Part shown: piece by piece, positions 63,481 to 64,000 of the stretch
Layout of the letters: every line of letters begins with the position of its first letter
Numbering within the stretch: position 1 is the first letter of the stretch
Origin: an uncultured Mycoplasmatota bacterium
GTDB lineage: Bacteria; Bacillota_I; Bacilli_A; RF39; UBA660
Direction of reading: 5' to 3'
Length of the DNA: 64,000 nt
NCBI GenBank assembly: GCA_946403755.1
Contig: CAMJBC010000004.1
Location: forward strand, 44,157-108,156
Notes under the pieces: model-generated
Databases searched by the model: none
What the model was told of the DNA's origin: nothing
The model's input: only the letters and a program-made list of their open reading frames with translations
Translations under genes and position numbers: made by a program

Positions 63481-64000
63481 TTATTCCACTCCTTTTACAC
63501 TAGCAGTTATCTTACCTTTATTAACTACTATTTTTATTTCATCATTTTCTTTTAATTTACTAGAATCTTTAACAATCTTATCTTCTTTATATACTATTGA
63601 ATAACCTTTATCAAGAATATTTTGTGGATTTAATAATTCTGCTTTTACTTTTAAATGTTCTATTTTAGTTTTATATCCTTCTAATAATACTTGTGGATTA
63701 TTTAATATATAATTACTTTTATATTTATCTAAAACATGATTTGCTTTATCAAGTTTACCGAGTATTGCATTATTAATTCTGTCAAATAAATTATCTAATT
63801 TTTGTTCTTTCATTTCATATAAAGCTTTAGGATTATTTAATAAATAATTTGTTTTAAATTTTAATACTGTTTGAGTACAATTATTAAGTAAATTTAATAT
63901 TGCATTATTACTTCTTTCTAAAGCATTTTTAAAATATATTTGTACTTCATTTATATCTGGTACAGCAAGCATTGCTGCTCCTGTTGGAGTTGGCGCTCTA
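63481..64000 (-). CDS. xseA: Exodeoxyribonuclease VII large subunit (3' part; gene continues beyond the right edge)
   Basis: The frame is open to the window end (…RAPTPTGAAMLAVPD…, the XseA catalytic-domain motif), followed by a C-terminal coiled coil. The track Met at 63972 is internal. Confidence 0.8.
   Translation of the reverse strand, partial: RAPTPTGAAMLAVPDINEVQIYFKNALERSNNAILNLLNNCTQTVLKFKTNYLLNNPKALYEMKEQKLDNLFDRINNAILGKLDKANHVLDKYKSNYILNNPQVLLEGYKTKIEHLKVKAELLNPQNILDKGYSIVYKEDKIVKDSSKLKENDEIKIVVNKGKITASVKGVE

Noticed and set aside
63070-63555. 161-aa plus-strand ORF across the WXG-like gene, intergenic region and xseB
   Set aside because: It is antisense to three well-supported minus-strand genes and crosses their promoter region. 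It is a typical AT-rich antisense open frame.

Overview
This is a 64-kb, strongly AT-rich chromosomal segment from a low-GC Firmicute. It uses the standard genetic code: TGA terminates dtd and Trp is TGG. Gene content and order (comN-secDF, rel-dtd, ftsK, ezrA, the str operon rpsL-rpsG-fusA-tuf, der, valS behind a T-box, xseAB) suggest a walled Bacilli/Erysipelotrichia-like organism; this is inference. About nine tenths of the genes lie on the minus strand. I saw no rRNA, tRNA, CRISPR array, transposase or integrase. Housekeeping genes are interleaved with many signal-anchored surface-type ORFs of unknown function. Three things stand out. (i) A very compact T7SSb-like locus sits at 57.1-63.2 kb: two WXG100-like genes, a coiled-coil ORF, EssC and YukD/EsaB. 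It has no recognisable EssA/EssB/EsaA and is flanked by a 1331-aa Cys-rich secreted giant and a 26-codon Cys/Tyr mini-ORF. (ii) Two dispersed paralogous giants (925 aa at 9.3-12.1 kb, 1347 aa at 45.2-49.3 kb) lack signal peptides. They share a central ~400-aa LXG/WXG-like helical module and end in the same Pro/Thr/Glu linker, single TM helix and acidic ...DYGY[DE]K tail. They are candidate T7SS-exported, tail-anchored surface proteins. (iii) A membrane-anchored EF-Tu paralogue has destroyed G motifs but tuf-like domains II/III. It sits in an apparent operon rel-dtd-X-M48 protease and carries a 76-nt perfect match to the real tuf 22 kb away. All calls come from reading the sequence and the ORF track by eye; no database search was run.
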